Virus record (IMG/VR): IMGVR_UViG_2687453376_000003
Reading direction: 5' to 3' (one strand)
DNA from: an uncultured virus (IMG/VR IMGVR_UViG_2687453376_000003)
Lineage: Duplodnaviria; Heunggongvirae; Uroviricota; Caudoviricetes
DNA: 64,000 nt
Every line of letters starts with the position of its first letter. The stretch's first letter is position 1. A model generated the notes under the pieces. That model searched no databases, was not told the DNA's origin, and worked only from the letters and a program-made list of their open reading frames with translations. The position numbers were made by a program, and so were the translations under genes. Below are positions 51,562-62,400 of this stretch, one piece after another.

Positions 51562-54354
51562 GTGCCCCGTCGGCGCCCGCGGGTTTTATCGTTTATCCGC
51601 ACCGACGGAGGACTTTCTGTGCCTGAAAAACGTCACTTTGGCCGCTACTCCCCCAGTCCGCCACCGCCCTTCCCCGGCCGGCCAGCGGACACTCGCCGCT
51701 ACACCTGGGAGTGGCAGAAGCCTCGCCCCGCCATTTCCCCGCCCGAAGACTCCTTCACTGACGCCGCCGAGCAAGACGACAAGCGTCAGCGAGAGAGTTT
51801 TTGGCAGCAGTCCGAAGATGCCCTCGCCGCCGTACCGCAGTTTCTGCGCATGCGCATGATGCGGGCGCTCAAAACGACCACGTTCACCAAGGGCATCCCC
51901 ATGGCCCAGCTTAAGCTCAATGACCGTTTGCGCCGCGATGTACCCATTGTCAGCGCAGTGAATACCCAACACGCGCTCAACGCGCAGGGCCTGTTGCCGC
52001 TATCGACTAACGACGATCCCATTCATTGGGCGGATATGCAGTCACTGTCCGAGCGTTACAACACTCTGCCCAGCATGGCCGATGAAGAGATCGAGCTATT
52101 GGCGCAGGATATCGCTATTTACCTCCATGGCCAGTTGGCCGATCTCAGTGAGGCCGCCGACGCCCTGGATACTGACCATCAGGCGCAGCTGCTTTATGCC
52201 GAGACGGCCGCCATCGTGAAGCACTTTAAGCAGCAGCCCGTTACACGACAGTCCGACTTGGTGGAGACGGTCGTCGCCATCAACCGTATGCGCGATATCA
52301 AGTGGTGGCACACCCGGCTGCGCAAGGTGGCCCGCCGCTGGCGCGAGCACCTGCAGATAGCCTACGGCGACGTCTCCCGCAATCAGTCGCTGTTTTGCAG
52401 CGCACACTGGGTTTCCGCCTGGGAGAACCGGCGCCAGCGCACCCGCGCCATTCTTGAGCGGTTGGAGTTGGAAGATCAGGATACCGGCGAGCGTATTTCC
52501 CTGATGGAGCAGATCAATAAAAGCGTCTCTAACCCGGAGTTACGCCGTACGGAGCTGATGACGCGCATCGGCGGCTTTGAGCGTATAGCTAAAGACGCGG
52601 GCTACGTTGGGATGTTCTTCACCCTGACCGCCCCTTCCAAATATCACGCCCGCAACCACCAAGGCCACCGTAACCCAAAATGGTTGCGCGGTGGCCAGCC
52701 AACGCCGGCGCAAACCCAGAAATATTTCACCCGTCTGTGGTCACAGATCCGAACGGCGCTGAGCAGGGAAGAAATCCGCTACTTTGGCGTACGCGTGGTC
52801 GAGCCACACCACGACGGCACGCCGCACTGGCATGGCCTGCTCTTCGTCACCCCAGGGCAGGCCGATGCGTTGAGCGACATCATGCGCCAGTATGCCGTGC
52901 GCGAGGATGCCGACGAGCTGCAGACCAGGCACGGCGAACACCCGCGATTTTCAATGAAACCCATCGAGTCGGAATACGGCACGGCGACGGGCTATATCGT
53001 CAAATATATCTCTAAAAATATCGACGGCTATGCACTGGACGGTGAAGTTAGCGATGAGGGCAATAAGCCCTGCAAGCTGACCGCCCGGCACGCCACCGCC
53101 TGGGCCTCGCTGTGGGGTATCAAACAGTTTCAGTTTCTCGGCGGGGCGCCTGTGTCCGTCTGGCGTGAGCTACGCCGCCTGCACAATCAGGCGCTGGCCG
53201 ACGGCATCAGTCCCATCATGGGTGAGCTGCACAAGGCTGCCGATACCGGCGACTGGCAACAGTACGTCATACTGCAGGGCGGGCCCTTCGCCGCCCGCCG
53301 TGATCTCAAGCTACGCATCTACTACCAGGAGAAGAGCGAGCCGAACCAGTACGGCGAATACGCAAACGTCATCAAGGGGGTCTATCTCCAGCAGGCATTC
53401 AACATCTCGCCGGTCGAGACGCGCACGCGCAGCTGGTGCATCGTCAGGAGGAAGACACCTGAGCGGGCCGGCGCCAATCAGGGGGTTGACGTGGGTTTTG
53501 ACCTTACGGGCGCGTCCGCGCCCGCTAGGACTCGTGTCAATAACTGTACTCTGCACCAAAATATGGCAACGGCGTGTGGGAAAATACCGCCATCCGGCAT
53601 CCCCGAGCAGCTGACCATCGAGCACACGGCGTACCATTACCCCACCCTGGCGCAGCTGCGCCAGATGCCACCCCCTACCCCCGCTAACGGCACCGAGCTT
53701 GGTCTGCGTCTTTTCGACCTGGCCGATCTTATCGGACGTGGCGATCTACCCTCGCCGGCCAACGGCGTGCGCCGGGCAGATGAAACCCAGGAACAGGCCG
53801 ATGCCCGAGAAACACAACGCTTCATTGAGGCTCTGACCGAATCTGCCAGCCGTCGGCTCCGCACAGAAATGCTATGGCGCGAGAGCACCCCCTCTCGCCG
53901 GATGCCTGCGATCCCTGCCGACGGCGGCAACGTCGCCGAGCGGCGGGCCCGTATCCAGCAACGTATTCCGGCGGCGCAGCTGGAGATCACTCCGGAGGAG
54001 ATCGACTTACTAGCGCGCGGATGCGTGGTCCGCCTGGAGGATGGCCGCACCTACCGCGCCAGCCGCATCACGGGCGAACTGCTGCCGGTGACACACCCGC
54101 CACCGCTCAAGCGTATACCGGGGCGTATCAGAGAACAGCGCTGGCGCGCCAACCGCCGGGATCCCCGCACGCTGGCTCAGCAGTGCATCGAGCAATGGAA
54201 AGTCAAGCAGGCAGAACTGCAGAAAAAATCCACTATTGCGCCTTGCGAGTTGAACAATGAAGGAGGCGATGCAGCCAACAGTAAGAACTGCGATCAAGTG
54301 ACGTCATTCGTCTCCAGATTGAAAAAAGCGGCGCAAAGAAATGAGAGTGCGTGA
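51562..54354 (+). CDS. P2 gpA-family rolling-circle replication endonuclease
   Basis: TLTAPSKYH, EPHHDGTPHWH (HUH), YIVKYISKN, QFQFLGGAPVSVWRELRR; alternative start GTG 51619 after GGAGG. Confidence 0.95.
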   Translation: MPRRRPRVLSFIRTDGGLSVPEKRHFGRYSPSPPPPFPGRPADTRRYTWEWQKPRPAISPPEDSFTDAAEQDDKRQRESFWQQSEDALAAVPQFLRMRMMRALKTTTFTKGIPMAQLKLNDRLRRDVPIVSAVNTQHALNAQGLLPLSTNDDPIHWADMQSLSERYNTLPSMADEEIELLAQDIAIYLHGQLADLSEAADALDTDHQAQLLYAETAAIVKHFKQQPVTRQSDLVETVVAINRMRDIKWWHTRLRKVARRWREHLQIAYGDVSRNQSLFCSAHWVSAWENRRQRTRAILERLELEDQDTGERISLMEQINKSVSNPELRRTELMTRIGGFERIAKDAGYVGMFFTLTAPSKYHARNHQGHRNPKWLRGGQPTPAQTQKYFTRLWSQIRTALSREEIRYFGVRVVEPHHDGTPHWHGLLFVTPGQADALSDIMRQYAVREDADELQTRHGEHPRFSMKPIESEYGTATGYIVKYISKNIDGYALDGEVSDEGNKPCKLTARHATAWASLWGIKQFQFLGGAPVSVWRELRRLHNQALADGISPIMGELHKAADTGDWQQYVILQGGPFAARRDLKLRIYYQEKSEPNQYGEYANVIKGVYLQQAFNISPVETRTRSWCIVRRKTPERAGANQGVDVGFDLTGASAPARTRVNNCTLHQNMATACGKIPPSGIPEQLTIEHTAYHYPTLAQLRQMPPPTPANGTELGLRLFDLADLIGRGDLPSPANGVRRADETQEQADARETQRFIEALTESASRRLRTEMLWRESTPSRRMPAIPADGGNVAERRARIQQRIPAAQLEITPEEIDLLARGCVVRLEDGRTYRASRITGELLPVTHPPPLKRIPGRIREQRWRANRRDPRTLAQQCIEQWKVKQAELQKKSTIAPCELNNEGGDAANSKNCDQVTSFVSRLKKAAQRNESA
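53518..53549 (+). other. Probable P2-type rolling-circle origin inside gene A
   Basis: GCGCCCGCTAGGACTCGTGTCAATAACTGTAC resembles the P2 ori (GCGCCTCGGAGTCCTGTCAATAACTG) at the equivalent VNNC position. Confidence 0.65.
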
Positions 54355-54759
54355 TAACAGCACAGGCAACAGGAGAGAGACTATGTTAATCATCATCCCT
54401 AACCCAGCGTGTCAAGTGCCTGGCTGACACTCTCAAAGGGAACCAAGGTAAGCTGTAGCTAGATCGTGATGCTTGCTTATATGTGACGTAGCCCGATGCT
54501 GAAATGATGGGAGGTCATGGGGAGGCAAGTGAAACCACGCCAGTACGCCAAGGAAAAAAGCAATCAAAAAGTGTATTAGCTCAGATTTTAACTGACACAA
54601 TTCTAGCACAGAGCCAGACCTAATCTGACTGTCCGCTCTGTGCCAAAAGCAGACGTTTGTAATGCCACACAGCATCAATTAGAAGGGAGCAGCCCACCTA
54701 AACAGCCATGTCAGATATGAACCACTACTTGTAGCACCACTACAAATTAGCTAAGCTCC

Positions 54760-56799
54760 TCAAGTTTGCCAATCATCAGCTATCGCTTGCCAATTAACTT
54801 CACGAGGCTCTTCTGTAGTGTTAGACCACACGCTCCAAAAATCAGGATCGTCAGACTGAGGTCTTTGTTTTTCAGCAAGCTCTTTCATTCTAACTAAAAC
54901 TGGAAGTTCAGAAGCCCATCCTAGTAAAATAGCATGCCGAGATGGTAGTGATGGCAACTCCCTCAATAACCCCCTCATATTATCGGGAACAAGTCTATGG
55001 ACTTGCTCTTGATCTTTATCATTACTAATCCTATGCAACAAAAAAGTATTACATTGAGATAACACAGTCGGAGATAGCTCTGAGGGTCTTTGGGAAGAAA
55101 CCACAAGACCTAACCCAAATTTTCTCCCTTCACGAGCAATCTTCTCAAACACTTTACAGCATATGTCAGAGACTGACTGCCCCTCACCATCTTCTTTGTA
55201 GCGTTTGATAAATGTATGAGCCTCCTCTGCAACCATAACTGTTGGTAGTGGTTTTCCATTTATCCTTCGATAACGTTGTAGTGCTTCAAAAGTCACTCTG
55301 GAAATTACAGCAGTTACCAAATGTATTATTTCATTTGGAACTAGTGATAAGTCGATAACGGTTATAGAGCTTTGTCCATTTTTACCGAGAAAAGTGTCTA
55401 ACCAATCAGTTAAAGTAATAGGATCTTTCGAGTCATCTGTTACTGCACTTATACGAGTATCACCTAGCATTGTTCGAATTCGAGTCAAAAGAAATTCCAC
55501 GAATTGCTCTGTACCTGTTTCTTGAGCCAGAGCTTCAAGGTATGCGATAAAATCATCACCTTTAAAACGAATAGGAGCATCTTCACTTTTTGGAAGAAGC
55601 TCTTGTTCATCACCCCCAAACGCTGCATATGCAACTTTTAATTTATCAATTAGCTGATCAGTTTCGGAAATTTGAGGTTTTGCAGGCCACGTCGCTCCTG
55701 AGCGAGTAGAGAGATACATACTTATCGTACTTATTAGGTCATCGAGATGACTATTGCCAATTTTTTCTCTTAATGTGGAGAGGCTATTATTCCAAGATGT
55801 TAATGTATCAAAAAAACCTTTGGCATGGCCTCCATTTACATATATATCGCCTTGGCTTGCCAAGCCCCTTATGGATATGAGAAGAATGCCACAGAAGTGT
55901 TTCACTTGGATTGTCACGTCATCTTCTGACAAAATTTCATTTCTCATCGCCCTCAAAGTTCGACGTAGTAAAGGAAGTTGAACTTTTGAACTTGCTTGAG
56001 TGAAAGCAGCCCACTCAGAACTATTCCATAACCATGATGGCACTTTAAGATCTATCTCTCCGTTACTAGTATGAGCTTCTACACGTAATAGCTTACCCTT
56101 GTATTTTGATTCTGGCCCGAATGCTCTACTGTACTCCCCATTTGGATCAAGTATTATGAATCGAGCATTTGGAGTTTTTTCCTGTTGTAAAACAGCATCT
56201 AAAGACCATTGAATTAAACCCGCCACCGAGCATGATTTACCACTGCCTGTATTGCCTAAAACAGCGATATGTCGTCCAAAAAGTCTATCAGGATCCACTT
56301 TTATCTCCGCATTGTTAGCCAGGGGACTATCCCCTATTTTCACTCTCCTATTGTCACCTGATTCGATTATTGATCGTAATTGCCGGTCAGTAGGTAGGAG
56401 CACAGAGTCACCAACTGATGGAAAAACATCTGTCCCTCTTGTGAACTTGAAACCTTCTTTTTTTCTATCGACTCTCAATGTACCAATGGGATTGATACTG
56501 AGTTTTTTAAGTGGAAAAGGAAGATCTATCAAGCCAAAATCTTGCAAGCCTCTTCTTTTAGGGTATGGAGAGTTCTCTACAGCAATCCATTCAACCTGTC
56601 CGACGAGAAAGCCATCATCACTACTGATCAGTACATAGCTATTTATTCTGGGGAAATTACGAGGTGAGCCACCTTGAAGTGATACTGAATCAGGGGAGTC
56701 AGTCTCTAAAGAAACTCTAATTTCATTAGGTGATACAAATGCAACGGTTCCAATTCTTAATTGTTCTAATATTTCTATTGGTAAATAACTCATTGTCAT
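54760..56799 (-). CDS. herA: HerA/FtsK-family ATPase (partner of Sir2)
   Basis: N-terminal HAS-barrel-like region, HIAVLGNTGSGKS, VAEEAH, IAREGRKFG, SQRPSEL. Confidence 0.93.
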   Translation of the reverse strand: MTMSYLPIEILEQLRIGTVAFVSPNEIRVSLETDSPDSVSLQGGSPRNFPRINSYVLISSDDGFLVGQVEWIAVENSPYPKRRGLQDFGLIDLPFPLKKLSINPIGTLRVDRKKEGFKFTRGTDVFPSVGDSVLLPTDRQLRSIIESGDNRRVKIGDSPLANNAEIKVDPDRLFGRHIAVLGNTGSGKSCSVAGLIQWSLDAVLQQEKTPNARFIILDPNGEYSRAFGPESKYKGKLLRVEAHTSNGEIDLKVPSWLWNSSEWAAFTQASSKVQLPLLRRTLRAMRNEILSEDDVTIQVKHFCGILLISIRGLASQGDIYVNGGHAKGFFDTLTSWNNSLSTLREKIGNSHLDDLISTISMYLSTRSGATWPAKPQISETDQLIDKLKVAYAAFGGDEQELLPKSEDAPIRFKGDDFIAYLEALAQETGTEQFVEFLLTRIRTMLGDTRISAVTDDSKDPITLTDWLDTFLGKNGQSSITVIDLSLVPNEIIHLVTAVISRVTFEALQRYRRINGKPLPTVMVAEEAHTFIKRYKEDGEGQSVSDICCKVFEKIAREGRKFGLGLVVSSQRPSELSPTVLSQCNTFLLHRISNDKDQEQVHRLVPDNMRGLLRELPSLPSRHAILLGWASELPVLVRMKELAEKQRPQSDDPDFWSVWSNTTEEPREVNWQAIADDWQT

Positions 56800-58217
56800 G
56801 CCTCGGTTCCTGTTGAACTACCTAATTCCTTAGACTGGATAAATCCTCTTTGCTTGAGCAATTCAGCCATCTTTATTGATGCTTTATCAATGGCTGGTTT
56901 AGGCAAATAGTTATCAACTAAAATTTTTAGGTCTCCTAAATGATCTCCCATTAGCAAAGTAATCTGTGCTTTTCTTCCACTCTTACTAATGAAACTCATA
57001 ATTCTTTGAAGTGGATCTCCGAAGGCAATTATGACTATATGAGTCGAAGGTACTGTAAGCATGTCTTCAATTACCCTGTTGATATGCTCATCACCAAAGC
57101 TATAGCCATAGGTAACTAATGTGCTGTTTGGACGACTAGTTGCTGCTGCTAGATCTCGAAATAGCTCAACATAAGGGTACTCGGCAGTTTCTCTGTCTTT
57201 TACTGAATTAGGGTAAATCATCAGTTTTTCATAGCTATTGCTTTGATGACCTTCGGCTTCTAGAAACGGCTCAACAGAGCGTGCTCCAAAAGGTAAACCA
57301 AAGCGCCTAATCGCATTATTCTGTTCATGCCAATCAAGGGAACCATGGAGCTTAGTAAAACGTGCCACTCCCTCTAAATATCTTGGTTCGCCACGGATTC
57401 CTGGAGGATTATAATGATAATCAACTTCTAATCTTGAAGATCGAAACACTGGAGCAATACTTCCCACAAAGCGATCTATAAGTCTCAAACCAGCAAGCTC
57501 AGCACCTACTTCGATAATACGGTCATAGTTTGTTGTGAAAATATGTAACCTATCACGAGTAGCGGTTCTACTAGCAAAACTCATCAAGAAACTCACTAGA
57601 TAATTGAAAGTTTCCTCTTTTCGCATTGGATCAGCAGTTTTAATCAAATACTCTCCGTTACTTACAGATTTTGAAAACTCACCCAAGCATCTAGAAAGCT
57701 CCCCTTTGAGTATATCCAACTCAGCTTTTAGATCTCTATAAGCAACATAAGGAGATGGAGGATTTGCAGGCAGAGGGGTATTCAACACTGTCAGAATTTC
57801 GAATCCTTTAATAAGTTCATTAATAGTTCTAATTTGATCTTCTATATTTCCTTTGCTGCGACCTGCAGCAAAGGCTGCCTGGGTAGAAAATGTGTCTATT
57901 TCTTTCTGACATACTGCTAGATCACTAATCCATCCCATTCCAGCGGGAGTTGAATCTGTAGCCGACATTTGAATAGATGTGCTTAACCCCGCACCAATCA
58001 ATAAATTTAAATGTTCAGATTGAAAGAGAGCTGTTAGCCAAGGTTCGATGTTTTGGCGCAATTTCTCAACTGATATTTCTGTGTTTTGTTCTCCCCATGC
58101 ACAGTTCGCCGATAGGATAAAAGGATTGGAACCAGCCTGCTCGCTAGAGTTAGGCAATAGCTCAATAATTTCGGATACATTGCCAACCTTGATGCACTGA
58201 ATAGTCATATAATACAC
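56796..58217 (-). CDS. SIR2-like NADase of a Sir2-HerA antiphage system
   Basis: LLIGAGLS, FTTNYD, KLHGSLDW, IYP, GYSFGDEHIN; 4-bp overlap with herA; ATG start at 58208 possible. Confidence 0.92.
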   Translation of the reverse strand: MYYMTIQCIKVGNVSEIIELLPNSSEQAGSNPFILSANCAWGEQNTEISVEKLRQNIEPWLTALFQSEHLNLLIGAGLSTSIQMSATDSTPAGMGWISDLAVCQKEIDTFSTQAAFAAGRSKGNIEDQIRTINELIKGFEILTVLNTPLPANPPSPYVAYRDLKAELDILKGELSRCLGEFSKSVSNGEYLIKTADPMRKEETFNYLVSFLMSFASRTATRDRLHIFTTNYDRIIEVGAELAGLRLIDRFVGSIAPVFRSSRLEVDYHYNPPGIRGEPRYLEGVARFTKLHGSLDWHEQNNAIRRFGLPFGARSVEPFLEAEGHQSNSYEKLMIYPNSVKDRETAEYPYVELFRDLAAATSRPNSTLVTYGYSFGDEHINRVIEDMLTVPSTHIVIIAFGDPLQRIMSFISKSGRKAQITLLMGDHLGDLKILVDNYLPKPAIDKASIKMAELLKQRGFIQSKELGSSTGTEA

Positions 58218-58548
58218 TTCTTTTATTTGTATGAGGAAAAATAGTGTTGTAGACGCAAACTAGAGTCACTAGTGTGATAACTTAATTTATTGAATTTCAA
58301 CCTTACGCCTCATAAACGCCAAAAACTCTCTGGGCATCATCAATAAAACTCCGATGTAATTAACCTGCTTTCTAAATTAGCATGGCAGAATAGAAATTAG
58401 ATAGCACATATTTTTTTTGATTTCAAGATAGGGAGATGAGATAAGTGAGGCAGTCCAAATGTCATATGGATTACTTTACAAATTAATATAATTAAACTAA
58501 TTTATAATACTGATGCACAATTAAAATTAATGGCTTTATGAAAATATT

Positions 58549-58830
58549 CTACCCCCTCTGCAGCAGCTCCAGCGCCATCTGCTTTTCCTCTGGCCCTAGC
58601 CGCTCGAACAGCAGCTTTAGGACACCGCTTTGCAGCCCGCTCGGCACCAGGGTATGGGAATAGGTCAGGTTCATCACCTAGGTATGGCCACACTCCAGGC
58701 GCGTACAGCGGTAGTAGGCATCGGCAAAATCATAGTTGTCGGTCTTCCAGACCGTCTTTTGGATAATCGCCGGCGCCCCGCAGCAGCGACATTTGATTTT
58801 TGTCTGCGCATCTCCATCCCCGCACACCAT
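58549..58830 (-). pseudogene. ogr: ogr/delta-like zinc-finger late activator, interrupted
   Basis: KIKCRCCGAPAII...DAYYRCTRLECGHT*VMNLTYSHTLVPSG...; in-frame TAG at 58680-78; the GGAG-adjacent ATG at 58811 is out of frame. Confidence 0.82.
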
Positions 58831-58876
58831 GGCTATTACGGTGAAATTTCACCCGTTTTTTTAACCAGGTCGCGAT

Positions 58877-59045
58877 TCACTGTGCTATCTGGGCATCATC
58901 ATCAAACGTCAGGCTGAACGTCACCCGCCCAAGCCCCCCGATATCGGGATCGGCATTGACCCCCTCCATAATCAGGCGGTGCAGCGGGATCACCTCATCA
59001 CGGTAGTACGCCTCGCGCGCCTTCAGTGGGTCACCCAGTCCGCCG
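58877..59045 (-). pseudogene. C-terminal fragment of a PBSX/P2-Q family portal gene
   Basis: GGLGDPLKAREAYYRDEVIPLHRLIMEGVNADPDI; upstream of ogr as in HP1/K139-type phages. Confidence 0.75.
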
Positions 59046-59172
59046 GTATAAGTGAGATCGTTGATGCTACCCTGCACGATAACCGTCTTGCGATCGGCAG
59101 TGCGGCGCAGATAGAGAGAGGGTAAATAGAGAGAGGGTAAAACGTGCAGCCGGTTAATATGCCCCAGATAGC

Positions 59173-59358
59173 TCGACCTGTTGGCGCGCGGCTACGTGGT
59201 CCGCCTGGAGGATGGCCGCACCTACCGCGCCAGCCGCATCACGGGCGAACTGCTGGCGGTGACACACCTACCGCCGCTCAAGCATGCACCGGGACGTTTC
59301 AGAGAGCAGCGCTAGCGCGCCAACCACTGGGGTCCCCGTACGCTGGCCCAGCAGTGCA
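59173..59358 (+). repeat. Diverged 186-bp duplicate of the 3' part of gene A (54002-54187)
   Basis: Ungapped alignment at offset 5171 with scattered substitutions, including a TGG->TAG change. Confidence 0.9.
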
Positions 59359-59433
59359 AGATCCGAAACCCCGGAGCCTGCCGGGCACGAGGCTGCCATC
59401 ACCGAGCGGGCGGCATCACTTATTGAAAGGATG

Positions 59434-59460
59434 AAAAGGGCTACATCACAGTAGCCCTAT
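59434..59460. terminator. Terminator downstream of the adhesin gene
   Basis: AAAAGGGCTAC-atcaca-GTAGCCCT; T-tract on the minus strand. Confidence 0.7.
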
Positions 59461-59464
59461 GGTT

Positions 59465-62400
59465 TTATTTAAAGCTATAGCTTGCACCGGCCCCAACGAC
59501 GGCATATTTACCTGTTAAGGAAACACCGCCTTTAATCGCAACGCCAGACTCAAAGTATTTAGATGCTCCAACCGCAAATGCATTTTGGTTATCATAATAA
59601 CCGTATCCGATACCAAGAGCGAAACCACCATCCATAGGCGTAGGAATATTAGTCATCGCGGCTACACCAGCAATACCTCTAGATGATACCTTTCTATTTT
59701 CTGTCGTCGCTCTCTCTAAGTCGTTAATACGATTATTCGCCATACCTTGCCATTCTTGCAAATAATCAATCTTACTATCGGAAGTGTTAACACGCGCATT
59801 TAACTCATCCAGCTTCCGACGGTTCGCTTCCAGCGTCACGCCGGCTAACTGATCGAACTGCTGCTGACCGTCAAGACGCCCCTTGACTGTTGCGATGTCT
59901 GTATTTGCCGCCGTAAGCCCATCATGGTTCTGCTTAATGGCAGTCCCGGCCACTGCCAAATGGGTATTGGCCGTTGCAATACCCGCTTGATGGGCTGCCA
60001 GCTGCTGACGGTTCGCCTCCAGTGTTACGCCGGTGACCTGATCAAACTGCTGTTGCCGATCAAGACGCCCTTTTACTGATGCGACTTCTGCCGCGGCGGC
60101 TGTGATGCCATCATGATTTTGCTGGATGGCGGCCCCAGCCAAGCCTAGGTTAGTATTAGCCGCGACAATATCGGCTTGATGGGCGGCCAACTGCTGGCGG
60201 TTTGCCTCCAGCGTCACACCGGTGACCTGATCAAACTGCTGTTGCCGATCAAGACGCCCTTTTACTGATGCGACTTCTGCCGCGGCGGCTGTGATGCCAT
60301 CATGATTTTGCTGGATGGCGGCACCGGCTAAGCCTAGGTTAGTATTAGCCGCGACAATATCGGCTTGATGGGCGACCAGCTGCTGACGGTTCGCCTCCAG
60401 TGTTACGCCGGTAACCTGATCAAACTGCTGTTGCCGATCAAGACGCCCTTGTACTGATGCGACTGCTGCCGCGGCGGCTGTGATGCCATCATGATTTTGC
60501 TGGATGGCGGCACCGGCTAAGCCTAGGTTAGTATTAGCCGCGACAATATCGGCTTGATGGGCTGCCAGCTGCTGGCGGTTCGCTTCCAGCGTTACGCCGG
60601 TGACCTGATCAAACTGCTGCTGACCATCAAGACGCCCTTGTACTGATGCGACTTCTGCCGCGGCGGCTGTGATGCCATCATGATTTTTCTGGATGGCGGC
60701 CCCGGCTAAGCCTAGGTTAGTATTGACCGCGCCGATCTCAGCTTGATGGGCGGCCAACTGCTGACGGTTCGCCTCCAGTGTTACGCCGGTGACCTGATCA
60801 AACTGCTGTTGCCGATCAAGACGCCCTTTTACTGATGCGACTTCTGCCGCGGTGGCTGTGATGCCATCATGATTTTGCTGGATGGCGGCACCGGCTAAGC
60901 CTAGGTTAGTATTAGCCGCGCCAATCTCAGCTTGATGGGCTGCCAGCTGCTGACGGTTCGCCTCCAGTGTTACGCCGGTGACCTGATCAAACTGCTGTTG
61001 CCGATCAAGACGCCCTTTTACTGATGCGACTTCTGCCGCGGCGGCTGTGATGCCATCATGATTTTGCTGGATGGCGGCCCCAGCCAAGCCTAGGTTAGTA
61101 TTAGCCGCGACAATATCGGCTTGATGGGCGGCCAACTGCTGGCGGTTTGCCTCCAGCGTCACACCGGTGACCTGATCAAACTGCTGTTGCCGATCAAGAC
61201 GCCCTTTTACTGATGCGACTTCTGCCGCGGCGGCTGTGATGCCATCATGATTTTGCTGGATGGCGGCACCGGCTAAGCCTAGGTTAGTATTAGCCGCGAC
61301 AATATCGGCTTGATGGGCGACCAGCTGCTGACGGTTCGCCTCCAGTGTTACGCCGGTAACCTGATCAAACTGCTGTTGCCGATCAAGACGCCCTTGTACT
61401 GATGCGACTGCTGCCGCGGCGGCTGTGATGCCATCATGATTTTGCTGGATGGCGGCACCGGCTAAGCCTAGGTTAGTATTAGCCGCGACAATATCGGCTT
61501 GATGGGCTGCCAGCTGCTGGCGGTTCGCTTCCAGCGTTACGCCGGTGACCTGATCAAACTGCTGCTGACCATCAAGACGCCCTTGTACTGATGCGACTTC
61601 TGCCGCGGCGGCTGTGATGCCATCATGATTTTTCTGGATGGCGGCCCCGGCTAAGCCTAGGTTAGTATTGACCGCGCCGATCTCAGCTTGATGGGCGGCC
61701 AACTGCTGACGGTTCGCCTCCAGTGTTACGCCGGTGACCTGATCAAACTGCTGTTGCCGATCAAGACGCCCTTTTACTGATGCGACTTCTGCCGCGGTGG
61801 CTGTGATGCCATCATGATTTTGCTGGATGGCGGCACCGGCTAAGCCTAGGTTAGTATTAGCCGCGCCAATCTCAGCTTGATGGGCTGCCAGCTGCTGACG
61901 GTTCGCCTCCAGTGTTACGCCGGTGACCTGATCAAACTGCTGTTGCCGATCAAGACGCCCTTTTACTGATGCGACTTCTGCCGCGGCGGCTGTGATGCCA
62001 TCATGATTTTGCTGGATGGCGGCCCCAGCCAAGCCTAGGTTAGTATTAGCCGCGACAATATCGGCTTGATGGGCGGCCAACTGCTGGCGGTTTGCCTCCA
62101 GCGTCACACCGGTGACCTGATCAAACTGCTGTTGCCGATCAAGACGCCCTTTTACTGATGCGACTTCTGCCGCGGCGGCTGTGATGCCATCATGATTTTG
62201 CTGGATGGCGGCACCGGCTAAGCCTAGGTTAGTATTAGCCGCGACAATATCGGCTTGATGGGCGACCAGCTGCTGACGGTTCGCCTCCAGTGTTACGCCG
62301 GTAACCTGATCAAACTGCTGTTGCCGATCAAGACGCCCTTGTACTGATGCGACTGCTGCCGCGGCGGCTGTGATGCCATCATGATTTTGCTGGATGGCGG

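Noticed and set aside
59144..59434. 96-aa ORF similar to ORF 53874-54260
   Set aside because: Both are off-frame readings of the duplicated repA segment.
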